A DNA stretch of 63,713 nucleotides, filler included, from Licmophora abbreviata (Eukaryota), in the NCBI GenBank assembly GCA_900291995.1. It is 9 parts of 9 records of this genome, joined end to end, with 100 filler letters (N's around TTAATTAATTAA, not from the genome) between each part and the next. Parts side by side here need not be neighbours in the genome. Positions count along the whole stretch, not along the records: positions 15,835 to 27,754 come from OLMU01000109.1; positions 27,855 to 37,233 come from OLMU01000110.1; 7 more parts are not named here. One strand, given 5' to 3'. A program made the translations under genes and the position numbers. A model generated the notes under the pieces. That model ran no database searches and was not told the origin of the DNA. It saw nothing but the letters and a program-made list of their open reading frames with translations. This document shows, piece by piece, positions 23,032-35,433 of the stretch. Position 1 is the first letter of the stretch; each line of letters starts with the position of its first letter.

Positions 23032-24123
23032 TCATCGTCTTCGTCTGCGGTTTCTCTTCTTCATTTGTCTCCGCTCAGCTTTGGATACCACCGGCTTGTG
23101 TGGAACTATCCACCGATTTCGCTTCATCTGCGATATTGCAGAATTCCAGTCATCTCTTACGGCACCATATCCCTGTGGCACAGGGTTCGCTGCCACATAG
23201 GCATCAACCGCGGCCTCATCGGCCAGATTCACGTGGAGAGAGGAATCGTCGCCACCCCACAGACCTTCCAGATCGAGATGCTCCCGCGTTTCACCATCGA
23301 GTATTTGTACTATGTAGTTCGAGCAGTCCACCAGTCGCCATGGATTGTTGTTGTCATTGCTTCCTTCTGCACCCAACTGAGCTCCGACCACTCCAACCTC
23401 GCCCAGATGACGTCTCTTGAGCTGTCGTACCAGTGCGTCGGCTAGCATCCGGACCTGTAGCACAGTTGTCGCAGTCACTATAATCATCCCATTTGCCCCG
23501 CCCATCCTTCCACCCTTGTCAGGTATATTGGTGATGTCCACACCTCCCATATTTGTCAGAAGGCTCACAATTTCTGTCGAGGATAAGAGCGTGTGCCGAA
23601 TGACAGGCAAATCCGTATCGCCCCGCTTCTTCGATGTGCCCATGTCTGGAGTCATCATGTCAACGCCCTGAAGTTTGGAGCGCCTAGTTTGAAGCCAGTC
23701 AATTGGATCACTGGATGTCGGAGGAGGAGACGAATCGAGGGTCGGCTCATCGTCGTCATAGTCCTCATCGTCGTCATAGTCCTCCTCGTCGCCGTCATAG
23801 TCCTCCTCGTCGCCGTCGCTATCTTGGTCCTCTTGTATTCGCAGCTTTCGTTCCAAACTCGCCAGCTGGTCTCGCAAGTCAGACTCTTCCTCCGATTGCA
23901 CAATCGTGGAAGATGACGTGGCCGCTGAGAGTGGCCTTTCAGGAGGTACCCATGCAGTCAGTTCATCTTCGTCCTGGTCATCTTCAGATGGCGCTTTGCC
24001 GCTGCTCAACCAACTCTGACCGCAGGATAAGGATGGGGCGGTGACATTGCCCGCAAAGGAAAGTCTCGCTTTCCGCAGGGTCAGCCTTCCCATAACTAAA
24101 GACGACTTCATTGTACGTATCAT
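23032..24123 (-). CDS. Ribosome silencing factor RsfS/Iojap family (MALSU1-like), probably mitochondrial
   Basis: MIIVTATT..QVRMLAD, WRLVDCSNYIVQILDGETREHLDLEGLW; Arg/Ser-rich N-terminal presequence. Confidence 0.85.
   Translation of the reverse strand: MIRTMKSSLVMGRLTLRKARLSFAGNVTAPSLSCGQSWLSSGKAPSEDDQDEDELTAWVPPERPLSAATSSSTIVQSEEESDLRDQLASLERKLRIQEDQDSDGDEEDYDGDEEDYDDDEDYDDDEPTLDSSPPPTSSDPIDWLQTRRSKLQGVDMMTPDMGTSKKRGDTDLPVIRHTLLSSTEIVSLLTNMGGVDITNIPDKGGRMGGANGMIIVTATTVLQVRMLADALVRQLKRRHLGEVGVVGAQLGAEGSNDNNNPWRLVDCSNYIVQILDGETREHLDLEGLWGGDDSSLHVNLADEAAVDAYVAANPVPQGYGAVRDDWNSAISQMKRNRWIVPHKPVVSKAERRQMKKRNRRRRR
23746..23820. repeat. Coding minisatellite (18-21-bp units) encoding DGDEEDY repeats in the RsfS gene
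   Basis: GTCCTCCTCGTCGCCGTC x2 plus GTCCTCATCGTCGTCATA variants. Confidence 0.85.
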
Positions 24124-24733
24124 ATGAAGCCGCTCAGTGATTCGGGGCGATATACGATCTTCTCATCACTGTGATCAGAAAAAAAGTGCGTGTCGTGTGG
24201 TGCTCTTGTGTGTCTGTCGTCTGTCGTTCAGGAGGCGAGCTGCGTATAAAATAAAATCCCTGGCAAACCTCGTATTGACAAGGAGCGCGCGCCGGCCGTC
24301 CACATTAGAGGTCACTCTCAAAATTCAAGATTCGATTGATGATTCTCAATTCCAAATCGAATCTCCCAACTGACGCGAATCTTCTGTTTGACAGAACACA
24401 TTCCCTTTTGTCTCCATCGCCCTGTGTGCGACACAAAACAAACTCGTTGTGGACTTGTGGAGGCGAATCTACTTGTGGTGTCGAGCAGGGAGCACGAGAA
24501 GAGATTTCATCGGCACAATACAGTTCGTCAACACAATTTCCAGTCTGAGACAAACTCGTCGCATAAGAGGTCAATCACGCACAGAACTTCAACATCTCAC
24601 GACTATTGGGCATATTTTCATGAACACTTCCATGCAGTCTCGTCGTCTATGTTTCTCCTTTTCAGGAGGAAAGGGAAGAATCGCCACGGGCTGCCATAGC
24701 TATCAGCGTCGTTTCCAGTCACAGACTTCAATA

Positions 24734-25659
24734 ATGGCAACCGGCACTCCTCCACACACGGAGCCTTTATCGCTTCCAGTACGATCGACCTTGCAGCACA
24801 CGCCCAGAAAGGACTTTTCCACTAGAATTGAGTTCGATAATGACTATTATGTTTTGCAGAAACATTGGAACGCTCTGTTGTCTGCCTCGGCGCTGGAATC
24901 GACTCGCCCGGCTATACCCGTCGCCCGGGCACGTGAAATGGTCGACTTGATTGAAGCGGCGTCACGTTTCTCGGACTACGACAAGATGATCCTTTTGGTG
25001 AATCATGGCGAAGGCGGACTCAAGCGTAAAGATACGTCTGGGATCCCATTCTTGACAGGACGAGGCATGGGACAGGCCTTGACTCTATCGGGCCGTACGG
25101 CAATGTTCTGTTCCGAAGAGACCGGGCTGTGCCCTGAACTCGTCGTACTCGCTCCTCTCGGAACGTCTATTCAGACAGCCATGCACGCCTTTCCGTACCA
25201 CTCACCTGTATTCCGAAGCGATATTCCCTGGATGTGCCATGGAGACCTGGTGGAAGTCGATCAGAAGATACCAGAGTCATACGATGTGTTGAGTACGAAG
25301 TTTCCGGGTGTCGACTTCGCTCTTTGTACAGACGAGCACATGCCGGTAGGCGAACCTAGTATGGTGGAGTCCAAGCAGACTTTGCTTGGTCAGTCGGATC
25401 GTTTTCTTGAGTGGGTTCACAAACGCGAAGAACGCGTAATTCTCGGTACGTCAGTAGAGTCGTCAGGGCTGCGTTCATCGCTCCTCTCGTTCCGCTCAGA
25501 TTCCTGCTCACAGTTTCATGCCCTCCTTTCGTAGTGTCGAGCCACTCTACGTGGCTTCAGTCGTTCTGTGGTTTCACTGTGGATTACACTCCCCGTGGAG
25601 CAGGCGGCAAGCTGTTTGCCAAGGGTGAAATGCGCGCAGTCGGTATCAACTTTGACTGA
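24734..25659 (+). CDS. Histidine phosphatase / phosphoglycerate-mutase-like protein with degenerate active site; intron 25446-25534
   Basis: ILLVNHGEG (for RHG), LTGRGMGQA, PELVVLAPLGTSIQTA, FPGVDF, VSSHSTWL, FAKGEMRAV. Confidence 0.7.
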
Positions 25660-25905
25660 GCGTCATCGCCATCATGTTGTTCAACCAGTCAGTGTATACT
25701 TTGCAAACAAAAATTAAATAATTCCCGAAGGAAGAATTGAAGTACATAACGAGAGTGCATTATTACTATTATCTTTCTGATTGCTTTTGCAACAACAACA
25801 CCGTATACTCGCAGCGTCTCATGTTTCATAGGTTGCCCCCTCGCGTGAACTTCTTTGCGACAAAGAACGGCGTGTTCAAGTTACTGGGTAGCAGGGACTT
25901 TTTTC

Positions 25906-26443
25906 CTAGCCCGATCTGTGAAATTCTTTCAATTTTAATCGACGGAGGCGCTGCGATCTTGCCCATGCTGTCCGCTCTTCCCGACGCTGACATAGGTTGA
26001 GCACAGCGAATACGATAATTAAGAGTTAATACTTAGTTCCATCAATTTCATCGGCGTTGTAGCTTACATGGCAGGCACACTTGTTGTCACTTACCCGCCT
26101 TGAACAGCGAAAAGCCCTTCGACCTGTAAAAGGATATGATAGGACACAGAAGAAAAGAACCGTTAGACAACTTGCATGGTCCATGGTACAGACAACAAAC
26201 GCCGACATGACACGAGCGTCTTGAGAGATTCAGAGATATCTCGACGGGCGAGATTCCCTTGTGCCGTGGAGATTCTGTACTCAGATGGAATCTCACAGGT
26301 CACACATTTTCACAGTGAGTTTCGTCCAAAATGGAGAGATGAAGAGAATTCTCATTGCCTCGACATTCACAGAATACAATGTCATGCCACCCTTACCCTG
26401 AGAGGATCGTTTTATTGGTCAGTACTTTTGGAATCGTCGCCAT
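25906..26443 (-). CDS. Putative 4-exon, 76-aa Arg-rich protein (exons 26443-26397, 26274-26201, 26123-26095, 25986-25906)
   Basis: ACAATGG start; donors GTAAGG/GTTTGT/GTAAGT; CAG acceptors; CTCAC/CTAAC branch points; phases close to 231 nt. Confidence 0.45.
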
Positions 26444-26725
26444 TGTGCTCGCTCTTTTCGCCACCGCGGTTGTTCATCATCCGCGCGCTATTGTGAGCTG
26501 CTCGCGCGATCTGGAATATGTGTGCGCGCCCGCTCGCTCGAAAGTTCTGTGCTGACGCGAGTTTCAAGTTGGGAGCTTTTGTCACACCGAGAGAGCGCCG
26601 CACTCATCTCGCTACTTCAAGTGAGCTTGAGAGTGTCGAGAGTCGTTCTGGCCCTGATCGATTGTCCGATTGTGGGTATAAAAGATATGTCGGTTTGATT
26701 GTGAGACCGACCGTTGAAAGTGAAG

Positions 26726-27526
26726 ATGCTCTTTTTCTCGTCGAATCTCAGCCGACGCCGCTTTCTTCTCACATGGGCATTACTTGAATGGCTGGGTTGT
26801 GTCCATTTTAGCGAGAGTTTCCTATTGCATGGAGGAGCATCTTTTGCTCTTTCGACTGGAATGGTATCAGGTCCTACTCATCGCTCGGCTGCTCACAGTG
26901 TGAAAATGAATGTGTCCCCTCGGCGGAAGTCTGGTTCAGAAGACAGGCGGGCGGACCTCACGGTGTACGAAATGGAAAAGGATGTGATGGAGTCGACGCG
27001 AGCAAGGCTCGATATGCAGCGGGTTTCACGTGTTTTCGATCCTGAGGAGGATCTTCCCACGTCCCCCTGGAACATAGCAGTGGCGGCCGGTGCAGTGGCA
27101 GCAGGGCTCTCGTTCTTGGCGATGCATTCGCTGTTTTTGTCCGGTGTTGCGCTGGTGGCAGTCATCCTTGTGGCTACTAGCGACCCTTTGGAAGAAGAGT
27201 CTGCGGCAGGTGCCGCGGCAAGAGTGCTGGGTCGTGTCACGCTGAAGAGCGCCAAGGCCGCAAAGCCGAAAGTGCGAGCGATTGCTCGCGCAGCGGTGCA
27301 TGGAGAAGAGGAATGGCTCGAGCTGCAATCGCGCGTCCAGAGGTTGGAACAAGAGAATTCAGAACTTCTTCTTTGGAAGCAACGCCGCATCGCAATCGAC
27401 GATGCTTCTGCCTACTACTCACTGGACGAACTTAAGGACATGGCGCGAAGGAATGGATTGACTATTGGGGGGAGCAAGACGCAACTCATGGTCAGGTTAG
27501 TGGAAGCAAGAGTGTTATCCTTGTAA
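26726..27526 (+). CDS. Probable plastid-targeted membrane protein with coiled coil and C-terminal SAP-like domain
   Basis: Signal peptide ending SES-F, Ser/Arg-rich transit-like region, two TM helices, YSLDELKDMARRNGLTIGGSKTQLMVRL. Confidence 0.7.
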   Translation: MLFFSSNLSRRRFLLTWALLEWLGCVHFSESFLLHGGASFALSTGMVSGPTHRSAAHSVKMNVSPRRKSGSEDRRADLTVYEMEKDVMESTRARLDMQRVSRVFDPEEDLPTSPWNIAVAAGAVAAGLSFLAMHSLFLSGVALVAVILVATSDPLEEESAAGAAARVLGRVTLKSAKAAKPKVRAIARAAVHGEEEWLELQSRVQRLEQENSELLLWKQRRIAIDDASAYYSLDELKDMARRNGLTIGGSKTQLMVRLVEARVLSL

Positions 27527-27633
27527 GACCATTGCACAGAGGCACGAGATGAGTTTCCAAGACTAAGTCCTAACTCGCTACTAAACTATTGTTGAGCTTA
27601 GCCAGCCATATAAAGGCAAATGTATTATATTCG

Positions 27634-30600
27634 CTATAGGACGGTGCCGGGGCTCGATGATGTCCGGTATTCGAGCCCGGCGACCATTCGTGGCCCACCT
27701 GCTTGCGCCGCCCACAGATCCATGCGAGCGCCGCTCAGTACTTCATCCGCCAGANNNNNNNNNNNNNNNNNNNNNNNNNNNNNNNNNNNNNNNNNNNNTT
27801 AATTAATTAANNNNNNNNNNNNNNNNNNNNNNNNNNNNNNNNNNNNNNNNNNNNCAGAGTGAGCACGATCCTCGCAATCAGATTGGCAATCTGTGCACGA
27901 AGCTTTCCACTTCCCAAAGCTCGTTCGTGCCATCGATCGAGAAATTTAAGATTCTCGCTGACGTCGTCAGCGGTGGCACGAACAGCTGCCTCGAACTGTT
28001 CGGGCCGTGCTCGCCGGTTGTTGAAGCCGTGGCCTGCCATCCCAATATGGCGGATCATGTCGCTCTCTGTTATGGGCTTGAAAGAGAAGGACAACTGGTG
28101 CCCGAGAATCTGTAGCTGGATCCCGTCGCAGAAATCTGACACAACTGCACCGATGAGGGTGATGATGTTTCCCAATAGTGCTCGTTGCCAAGCTAGCGGG
28201 AAGAGCTTCAACAATGGTGCTGATATCTGACAGTGGGAAATCAACGTTTCGACAACTGCGTCTCGCTGGATGAACGACTCGTCAAATTGCCCGCGCCGTG
28301 ACTGTGAACCTCGTCGCCTGCGTTTCTTTGCCGATTTTGTCATGACGTCCAGAATGGCTTCTTGCGCGTAGTTCTTGTCGCCGTCGCTGCCCGGAAGGAC
28401 GCTCTTCCCGACCGGCGGGAGGTCGGGTGAGTCCTCTGTGAACAGTCGAATGTCGGAGTGAGTCATGACGTTGACGCCGTGGATTGCCTTGTATGCAGCA
28501 CTTTCGACGCCCTCGCCAATCTTTTCGCCGAAGCTGCCGCCTTTGCCTATCGACTGGCGCAGTAGCCAGCTACCCCCTCCTCCATTTCCGTTCCCGTTGT
28601 TGACGCCTTCACCCCGTCCTCGACCGACTTCCTTGTATTCGTAGAGCTTCCGGGCGTCTGCCGATGGTGTAAGAAGGTCGTCCCCGATACTTTCTTCTTC
28701 GTCGTCATCGAAGTCTGCCGCATTCTTCCACAGATGTGTATGGTTCAGCTTTGTAAGGCGACCATGAGCAAAAAGCTCGTCAAGGTATTCCTCTACAAGC
28801 TCTGACGGAGGGAAGTTGATTTCTCGCGAATGCAGGACAGAGGTGTCAGTGGTGTCACTACCAACAATCGAAGTTTCGACCGACGTAGTTGTGTAGTTGT
28901 ACAAAGGGTTGGGTCGTCTCTGTAACGCATCTTTCTCACACTGCAGCTCAAGCAGCTCTGCCTGACCCTTCGATATAAGTCGATCGATTTGCTTGACTCG
29001 ATCATTACGCCGTTGGTTTTCTAGAAAGTCTTCGGTAGACTGTTTCTCCGAGACATCGGCACCCGAAAGAGCCGCCTTGGCCAAATCCTTTCTGCGACGA
29101 TTCCGTCTGAAGATCCCACGTCGGTTCATGACGACGACTTCTGCGTCGGCGGCCGCCTTGCGCTCAACGTTCTTCTTCGCTCTCTCGATGACTGTAATCC
29201 GACGTCGTATAAGGTCAAGATCTTCGTCGTTGAGTGCCCCGGTGTCCACGCCTGACATCTCTGGGTGTGCCAACAGGGCAATAGGCCGCCGGCCCTTCCC
29301 ACTTAAAATACCATGTACACCAGTGGCGCGGGAAAAAGCTTTCCGGACAGGTCGGAGGTGTCGCGAGATTCGGAAAGTGGGGTGCGCCGTCGAAAATCCC
29401 AGGGACGCGACTTTATCGATCGTAGCCCACTGGTGGTCACGACACAAGGAGAAAATGAATGAGAAAAATAAGACAAGGAAGTGTCGCAATGTTGTTGAAA
29501 TTGCCACAGACTCACATAGCCCGAGGAGATGTACACGCTCGTACGACGAGGCTGTACTTCAGTGAGAGACTTTGGCAAAGTAGCCGCTGCTGGGAATGCT
29601 TCCCTCTTATCGGTGTCACCACTGACATCCGACACCCGATGTCGTGTCCTGTTGAACCCGGTAGAATCAATTTGGGCCATAGAGTCTGGACCAGACTCGG
29701 GAGAAGCATCTGACGGGTTGAACGCCTCTAGAGTTGAAATATCTTCCTCGACAGAAGTGGTTTCGATCGTTGCGTCCACTTTTGACACGTCTAGTGATGT
29801 TCCGTACTTATCCGATAGGTGAACTTCATTACTCTCGGTAGCCGGCTCGACGAAGCTCTCCCCCGTCGGGTGTTTCCCTTCGGAAGCCCCCAGCTCCTTA
29901 TCGTTCGACGAGGGGACCGGTTCAGTCCACAGGTTTCCCCACCAGAGCCTTGTCATCTTTTTCAGGCGATCGGGAAGAATCGTTTTGGTATTTGCCTTCG
30001 ACAGGACCGGCGGTTGCAATTGGCTGGGTAATGCCGAGTCTAGAGAAGTGTCGCCTTCAGGCATAGCGTCTGGACTGGCGTCAAGAACTCTCTCGATCTC
30101 AAAAATTGATTCGGCTCCAGGCATTGTAAACGCTTGCTCCGACTTGGCAGGAGCTTGGGTGCCCTCCCACGACTGCATTACTGCCGTAGTTCCCGTTGTC
30201 GTTTCTACAGGTGCGGCTGCTCTATCGTTGCTTTCCACATTTATCGCTTCCTCTTGTATCCATGAAGGTTGTTGTTCCGCCTCCGCAACCTCACTAGCGA
30301 TTTCAGAAATTGCCGCTGTTCTTTGCGCCCAAGAGGCCTCTTCGTTCTTAACAACTTCGAGACCAGAGATATGACCGTCCATTGAAGAGTTGACTTCCTC
30401 GTCAGGGTAATACGCATCGTCTGTGCTCTCCCCATCTTCAATGTTTTCGATTGAATCGTCGCCAATCGCCTCGTTATCCTCTTTATCGATTTGTCGAAGA
30501 GACCCCATTGATATCTGAGATTGATGGACACGTCTCAAACTAGGCCTTGACGCTGTTCGAACCGCTAAAGCACCCCCTCTTCCATTTCCCGGTTTCATCG

Positions 30601-31012
30601 ACAACTTGGCGTCAACTGCGTCGTGCCCATCTGTACCCTTACTCTCGTCGTCGCCGCTGTCTATATTCGGAGCTCGCGATGCTTCGTCCTTGACGTCTGC
30701 ATTCAATCGAAAAATGGCACCCAATGACCAGAATCGCTCTTTCTCGTCCGCGTCTTCGTCCTCGACGCCGCCCCCACGAAGCTTGATTCTTGTGGGCCAA
30801 TGGCCACGAGGTTCGCCAAGTTGCAAGATACTGGCGCCAGGTGCGTCGGAGGCAACAGCCACAAGAGTCGGAATCATGATCGCTACACACACGCTCATTA
30901 ATGCCAAGCTCGGGCGAAACTGTGTAGAGTAGGACCCGTATGGGGGCAGTCGACGGCGCTTTCTGCGCTCCGGAGAGATGTTTGGTGACGCCGAATCTCG
31001 AATGGCAGTCAT
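27634..31012 (-). CDS. Large hypothetical protein (signal/anchor + LRGG motif, acidic disordered N-half, coiled-coil and globular C-half); intron 29430-29515; spans gap 27755-27854
   Basis: ORFs 29303-31117 and 27807-29507 joined by a GTGAGT..CAG intron; RIVLTL continues as ADEVLSGARMDLW..GTVL* across the gap. Confidence 0.75.
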
Positions 31013-31621
31013 TTTTCTCGTAGCTCTGCGTCTCTGATAATTCTGTGTTGTTTTCCCAAGAATAAGCGAATCTCGACTCTGAAAAGAAAGCAAGGGGCAA
31101 TGGACTCGAGGGATCAAGTGCAGAAGAAAGCCTCAGCATGAACGGGAAAGAGACGAAATTGAGTGAGTGACGACTGATGACGACATCATGGATGAAGTGA
31201 GAATCAATCGATGGAGACGGCATGTGCGCGCACCTTTTTTCGCGAGGTGGCCTCGCGAGACAGGCGACAGGTACAAGTCCGTTGTAACTCGGTACAAGAA
31301 ATAGAGTCTGAGTGAATCGAGTCGCGTCAAGTCAAGTCAAACCAGAGTTCTCAAGGTCTCCGCTTGGACATCACTGTACCGTATGCCCACGACATTTGCT
31401 CGACATGTTCCGCAATATGATAGGTACAGGTCCACCGTCCGCGATGTATTGAAAGATTGTCCTAAAACTATAGCTCACAAATTTGAAAAACTACCGAGCC
31501 TCCGTCGCTAGTACGAACCTGCTGCAAGCTTCTTGTACTACGAGCTTCATCGCAACATGTATGTACCTGTCATCGATTCTTAAGACACGCGTCTGATCTA
31601 CTTCTCTAAATTGCGTCCCAA

Positions 31622-33405
31622 TTAGCTTGTCTTTGGCTGAACCCAGTCGCCAGGAACAATGGTGTCATGGATAATCTCTCGGTGGCAACTCCACACAAGT
31701 TGAATGGCTTCTGGAGTACCGATACCGGCACCGCGTGGATCTCCCGCAGGTCCAAACCAGTGGTTCTGCGGTGCACCAGTTGTACGAGCTCGGCGTCCTG
31801 CATAAGTTGTTCCGTTGACCGTGTTGGCCAAAACCTTGGTCTGAAAATGTTTGTCGTCAGAAACAACTGCAGCAGTGAGGTGGTGCGACATGCGTTCCAG
31901 CGCTTCAAGCATGAGGTCCATCGTGTCGTCATTGTAGTATGTGATGACTTGGAAAGGTGCAAAGATTTCCGTAGCACAAGCGCCAAAGTGCTGCTCTTTC
32001 ATCATCTCTTCAAGCGGTACCAAGACGGCGGTCGGCTCCACAGCGCCATATTTTTCGGGAATCTTGTGGTGGGCGAGCTCCTTTCCTCCAAATAGCAAAG
32101 AGGAGCCGGGCACCTGCAACAGACGGTTCGTGTGATCTAGAAAGCCTTGAGTTGTGTGTGTCAAGACCGGGCCGACAGTCAAGTCCTCGAGGTTGCGTTT
32201 GGAGGCTAGCGCCGTGATCTTGTCAAGCAGGCCGACCTTCTTCCAGTTCTCGTGAAGAAAGAGGATCGACTGCGCTGAGCATTTTTGACCTGTTGATGCG
32301 TATGCGTCCTGATCACATTGCCATGCGACGTACTCCACGTCCTCTACGTCAGGTCCAATCACCTTCCAATCAAATCCGGCATCTTCGACCTTGACCTTGC
32401 CATGAGTCGCCTTTGATAACAACTCTCCAACGCGAGAAGAGCCCGTAAACTGCGTGACGCGAACCGGTGTTTGGGTGATGACTTCCTCAGCTACAGGACC
32501 CTGGCAATTGAGCAAGTTTAGGTCATTGGAGTCCATACCACAGTCCAACAGAAGGCGTACAAACTGTTCCATCACAACCGACACAGGTTCGCTCGGCTTC
32601 AACACGGGCTTGTTGCCCATATACAGGGCACCCATGAGCTGAAGCACCGGAATTTCCAGAGGAAAATTGAATGGCGTGATCAGCGCAACGGGGCCGTAGG
32701 GCCAGCGATGACCGACTGACATTTGTCCGTAGTGATCGCCAGGCACTCCAAACGACTTTGCAAGTCGACGAACATTGTCGCCAGCAAAGTTATGCAAGAA
32801 GGCAGCTGTAACTTTGACTTCGCCCATTGCCTGTGCATGACTCTTGGGGACACACTTCATGATGCTTTGGGCAAAGAACTCAGCGGTATCAGGGTCAGCC
32901 AACGCGTGCCCTGCCTTTTGGTTGGAGATTTGAGAAAGCGACAGAGCGAGTTCATGGTGTAAGCCATTGACTTGTCAAGTTTAGCTATCAAGTTCTAATT
33001 GTAACACAGCCAGCTTACCAATCGAGTAATTTCCCCATACTCGACGTATCGATGAGGATTCTTCAGCGGATTGTGCAACCCGCTCTTGGGAACGCTCCTG
33101 AGACTGTCAATGAAGGGCGGTAGTTCGTCTAGCTTTGTGTCAGGAACTGTGAAGATCGGCGGCGCATCCCTATCCATAGGATGAGGAATCACGATGCTTT
33201 CCTTGGCCGACGTCCATTCCCCGTTGACGAAATTTTTGACGGCATAAGGGTTCGTATCGACGCCCAAAGCGTGCGGGTCCATCGTTGCCCACGACGGGAC
33301 TATTGACAGAGATCGACTGGAGCCCGTCGCAGCGGACGCATTGTTCATGACAAGCTTCTTCGTCGGCCGACGGACAGCAGCTACAGTGAGAGAGGCGATC
33401 TTCAT
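31622..33405 (-). CDS. P5CDH: Delta-1-pyrroline-5-carboxylate dehydrogenase, mitochondrial (ALDH12 family); intron 32915-33018
   Basis: PKSGLHNPLKNP, RWPYGPVALITPFNFPLEIP, EDAGFDWK, GQKCSAQS, NGTTYAG.RARTTGAPQNHWFGPAGDPRGAGIGTPEAI. Confidence 0.96.
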
Positions 33406-33925
33406 TATCAATACGATCGTAAGAGCTCCTACAGTACGAGAAAGACTAGGTTGTGACGGCGCTCACCAACACGATTGCGATTGATCTAATGTCTAGATAG
33501 GAGATGCTTTTGTTGTTGCGGTGTTTAGGTTGAATGACGTATCCTCGAGTGAGTCAGAATTGAATCTTGTGTCTTCAAATCGAGTCTTGGATCCTTATTG
33601 ATGCCGCCGCTGCATTAAACAGACGTCATAGTCGTGACTTCTACGAATGGTCACCGGAAACACACATGCCTCATATTTCCCATTTACGTACTCGAGTAGT
33701 GCATAACACCCTTCCTTACTCAAACCGAAGCAGCTGCAGCTTTTAGCAAAAGTAGTTTAAGTGTCATGTCTAGAGAAACTTAGCTAGCATAGGTTGGGTC
33801 ACTTTCGGGTACCAAAGGTGCATCAACAAGCTAAGCTTCGGCTCTTGACGATGTTCGCGAATGATCACCGTGGAGCCGTCGCAGCGCACGAACGAGTCCA
33901 TGACGTCGCAAGCCACTCAACAACT

Positions 33926-35433
33926 TCATTCTAAAATGAGTAACTGGAGGGGAAGCTGTAAACTTCCATTGCCGAGTTGTTCGCCACATGCCGACTGCAA
34001 GAAAGGAATCATCGCGCCAAGTAACCGCTCTTGCTTGAAGCTGATAGGGCCGAGCGACGGAACATAAAACTTCCACTTCGAGTGACTAGGAAGACTATCG
34101 TCGTCAAGCTCTTTCGCGATAACTCTGCGAGCGTCCGCAAATGTAGTTGCTTCGCGGGATTCCAGTCGGACGAAGCCGATATTTATATCGTGCTCGCCAA
34201 CTCGCTTCAAGATCTTACAATAGAGTTTGCCGTCAACCGATTCAATCTCGTTGGCAGCGCCGACTTGGCGTTCTAAAGCGTTCAGCAAATTTCGACGAGA
34301 TGCAGGTGAAACGGTCTGAAGAGACCCCTCCTTGTCAGGTTGTCGGGTCCTCTTGCGTCTCTTCCGATCGCCTTCGTTGTCGTCCTTGTTCCTTCGTTTC
34401 TTCTTCTTGTCTTTTCTCTGTCGTCGAGGAGTTGGGAACTTGGTCGGAGAAGGCAGATGCTCTTCTTCCGTGCCATTGTGATTCCAGTCTAGCCTCGTGT
34501 CAATAGGTTTACCAAGTTCCACAATGGCAACCTGAAAAGCAGCCCTGAACTGTTCCGTCCGAGTTTTTCCAGCAGACGAGGCCGTCTTGCCCAAGTGATT
34601 GTCTTCCGAGAGCCCCAGGTCCCATTCCATAATTTTGGTTTCGGTCAAGGCAGAAAAGGGAGCACCGTGGCATTCAAAGAAGTAGACAAGGTGTTTCTTG
34701 CCCAGCTGTTTGCGTGCCAACTCTCGAGCGCCACCAGTAGTGAGTCGAGGGTCGTAGATAGCCGCGGGCCACCAGCCGAATCCTGAGCCGCCTTGAGCCC
34801 AGACAACTTCTGCAAAGCGCTCCGTAAAGCGAGGGGGTAAAGCTGCGACTAATCGCTCCAACCCATCATCGTCCTCAGAATTCTGAAAAACAGGTTTGCA
34901 CTTATCTAAAAGTGCATTTGAAGAGGTAAACATATTTCCATGTGAGTTCGCACGAAATGAAAGTTTCAATTAGCTCTCACCCAAATCACAGCTAGGAACG
35001 CACCACAAAACCACTCTCCGTGCGGAACAGATCGCAGTGGGGGATCAAGGCAATAATAGTGATACTCGCTGGAGCATCCTTCGCAAATCATCAAGTTGCC
35101 ATGATCATCGTCGCGCCTGCATACCAGGCAACCTTCTTCAGCAGCAACAGCATCTGCGCGGCCGACCGAGTTCCTCAATGAGGTAATTTGTTCCTTCCCC
35201 ACTCGCGGTCGTTCCGTTTCAGACGATCGCTTCTTCTTTTTTAATACCAAGGTACGCTTAGACCTGGGCCGGGAAGGCTGGGAAGGCGAAACGGCTGCAG
35301 ACCCGCTGCCGACATTGTTGGACGAGGAGGCGGAAAGAGACTCTCCGCTTTCATGCTGTCCGAGCTTCTCCAAGAACGTTTTGCGGTCTGCCGGCTCAAC
35401 CAACACTCCTCGACGTCCTGAACGTGATGCCAT
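33926..35433 (-). CDS. PHD finger + PWWP domain chromatin reader; intron 34906-35003
   Basis: CLVC...CEGC...HYYC...WFCDKC after splicing; VVWAQGGSGFGWWPAAIYDP; basic NLS. Confidence 0.88.

Noticed and set aside
24449..24733. N-terminal extension of the PGAM-like ORF
   Set aside because: Starts at GTG in promoter-like sequence; the ATG at 24734 has a better context
26417..26482. Box C/D snoRNA-like ATGATGA...CTGA on the minus strand
   Set aside because: Only a 2-bp terminal stem, no rRNA complement I can recognise, and it overlaps the better-supported first coding exon; not excluded without snoscan
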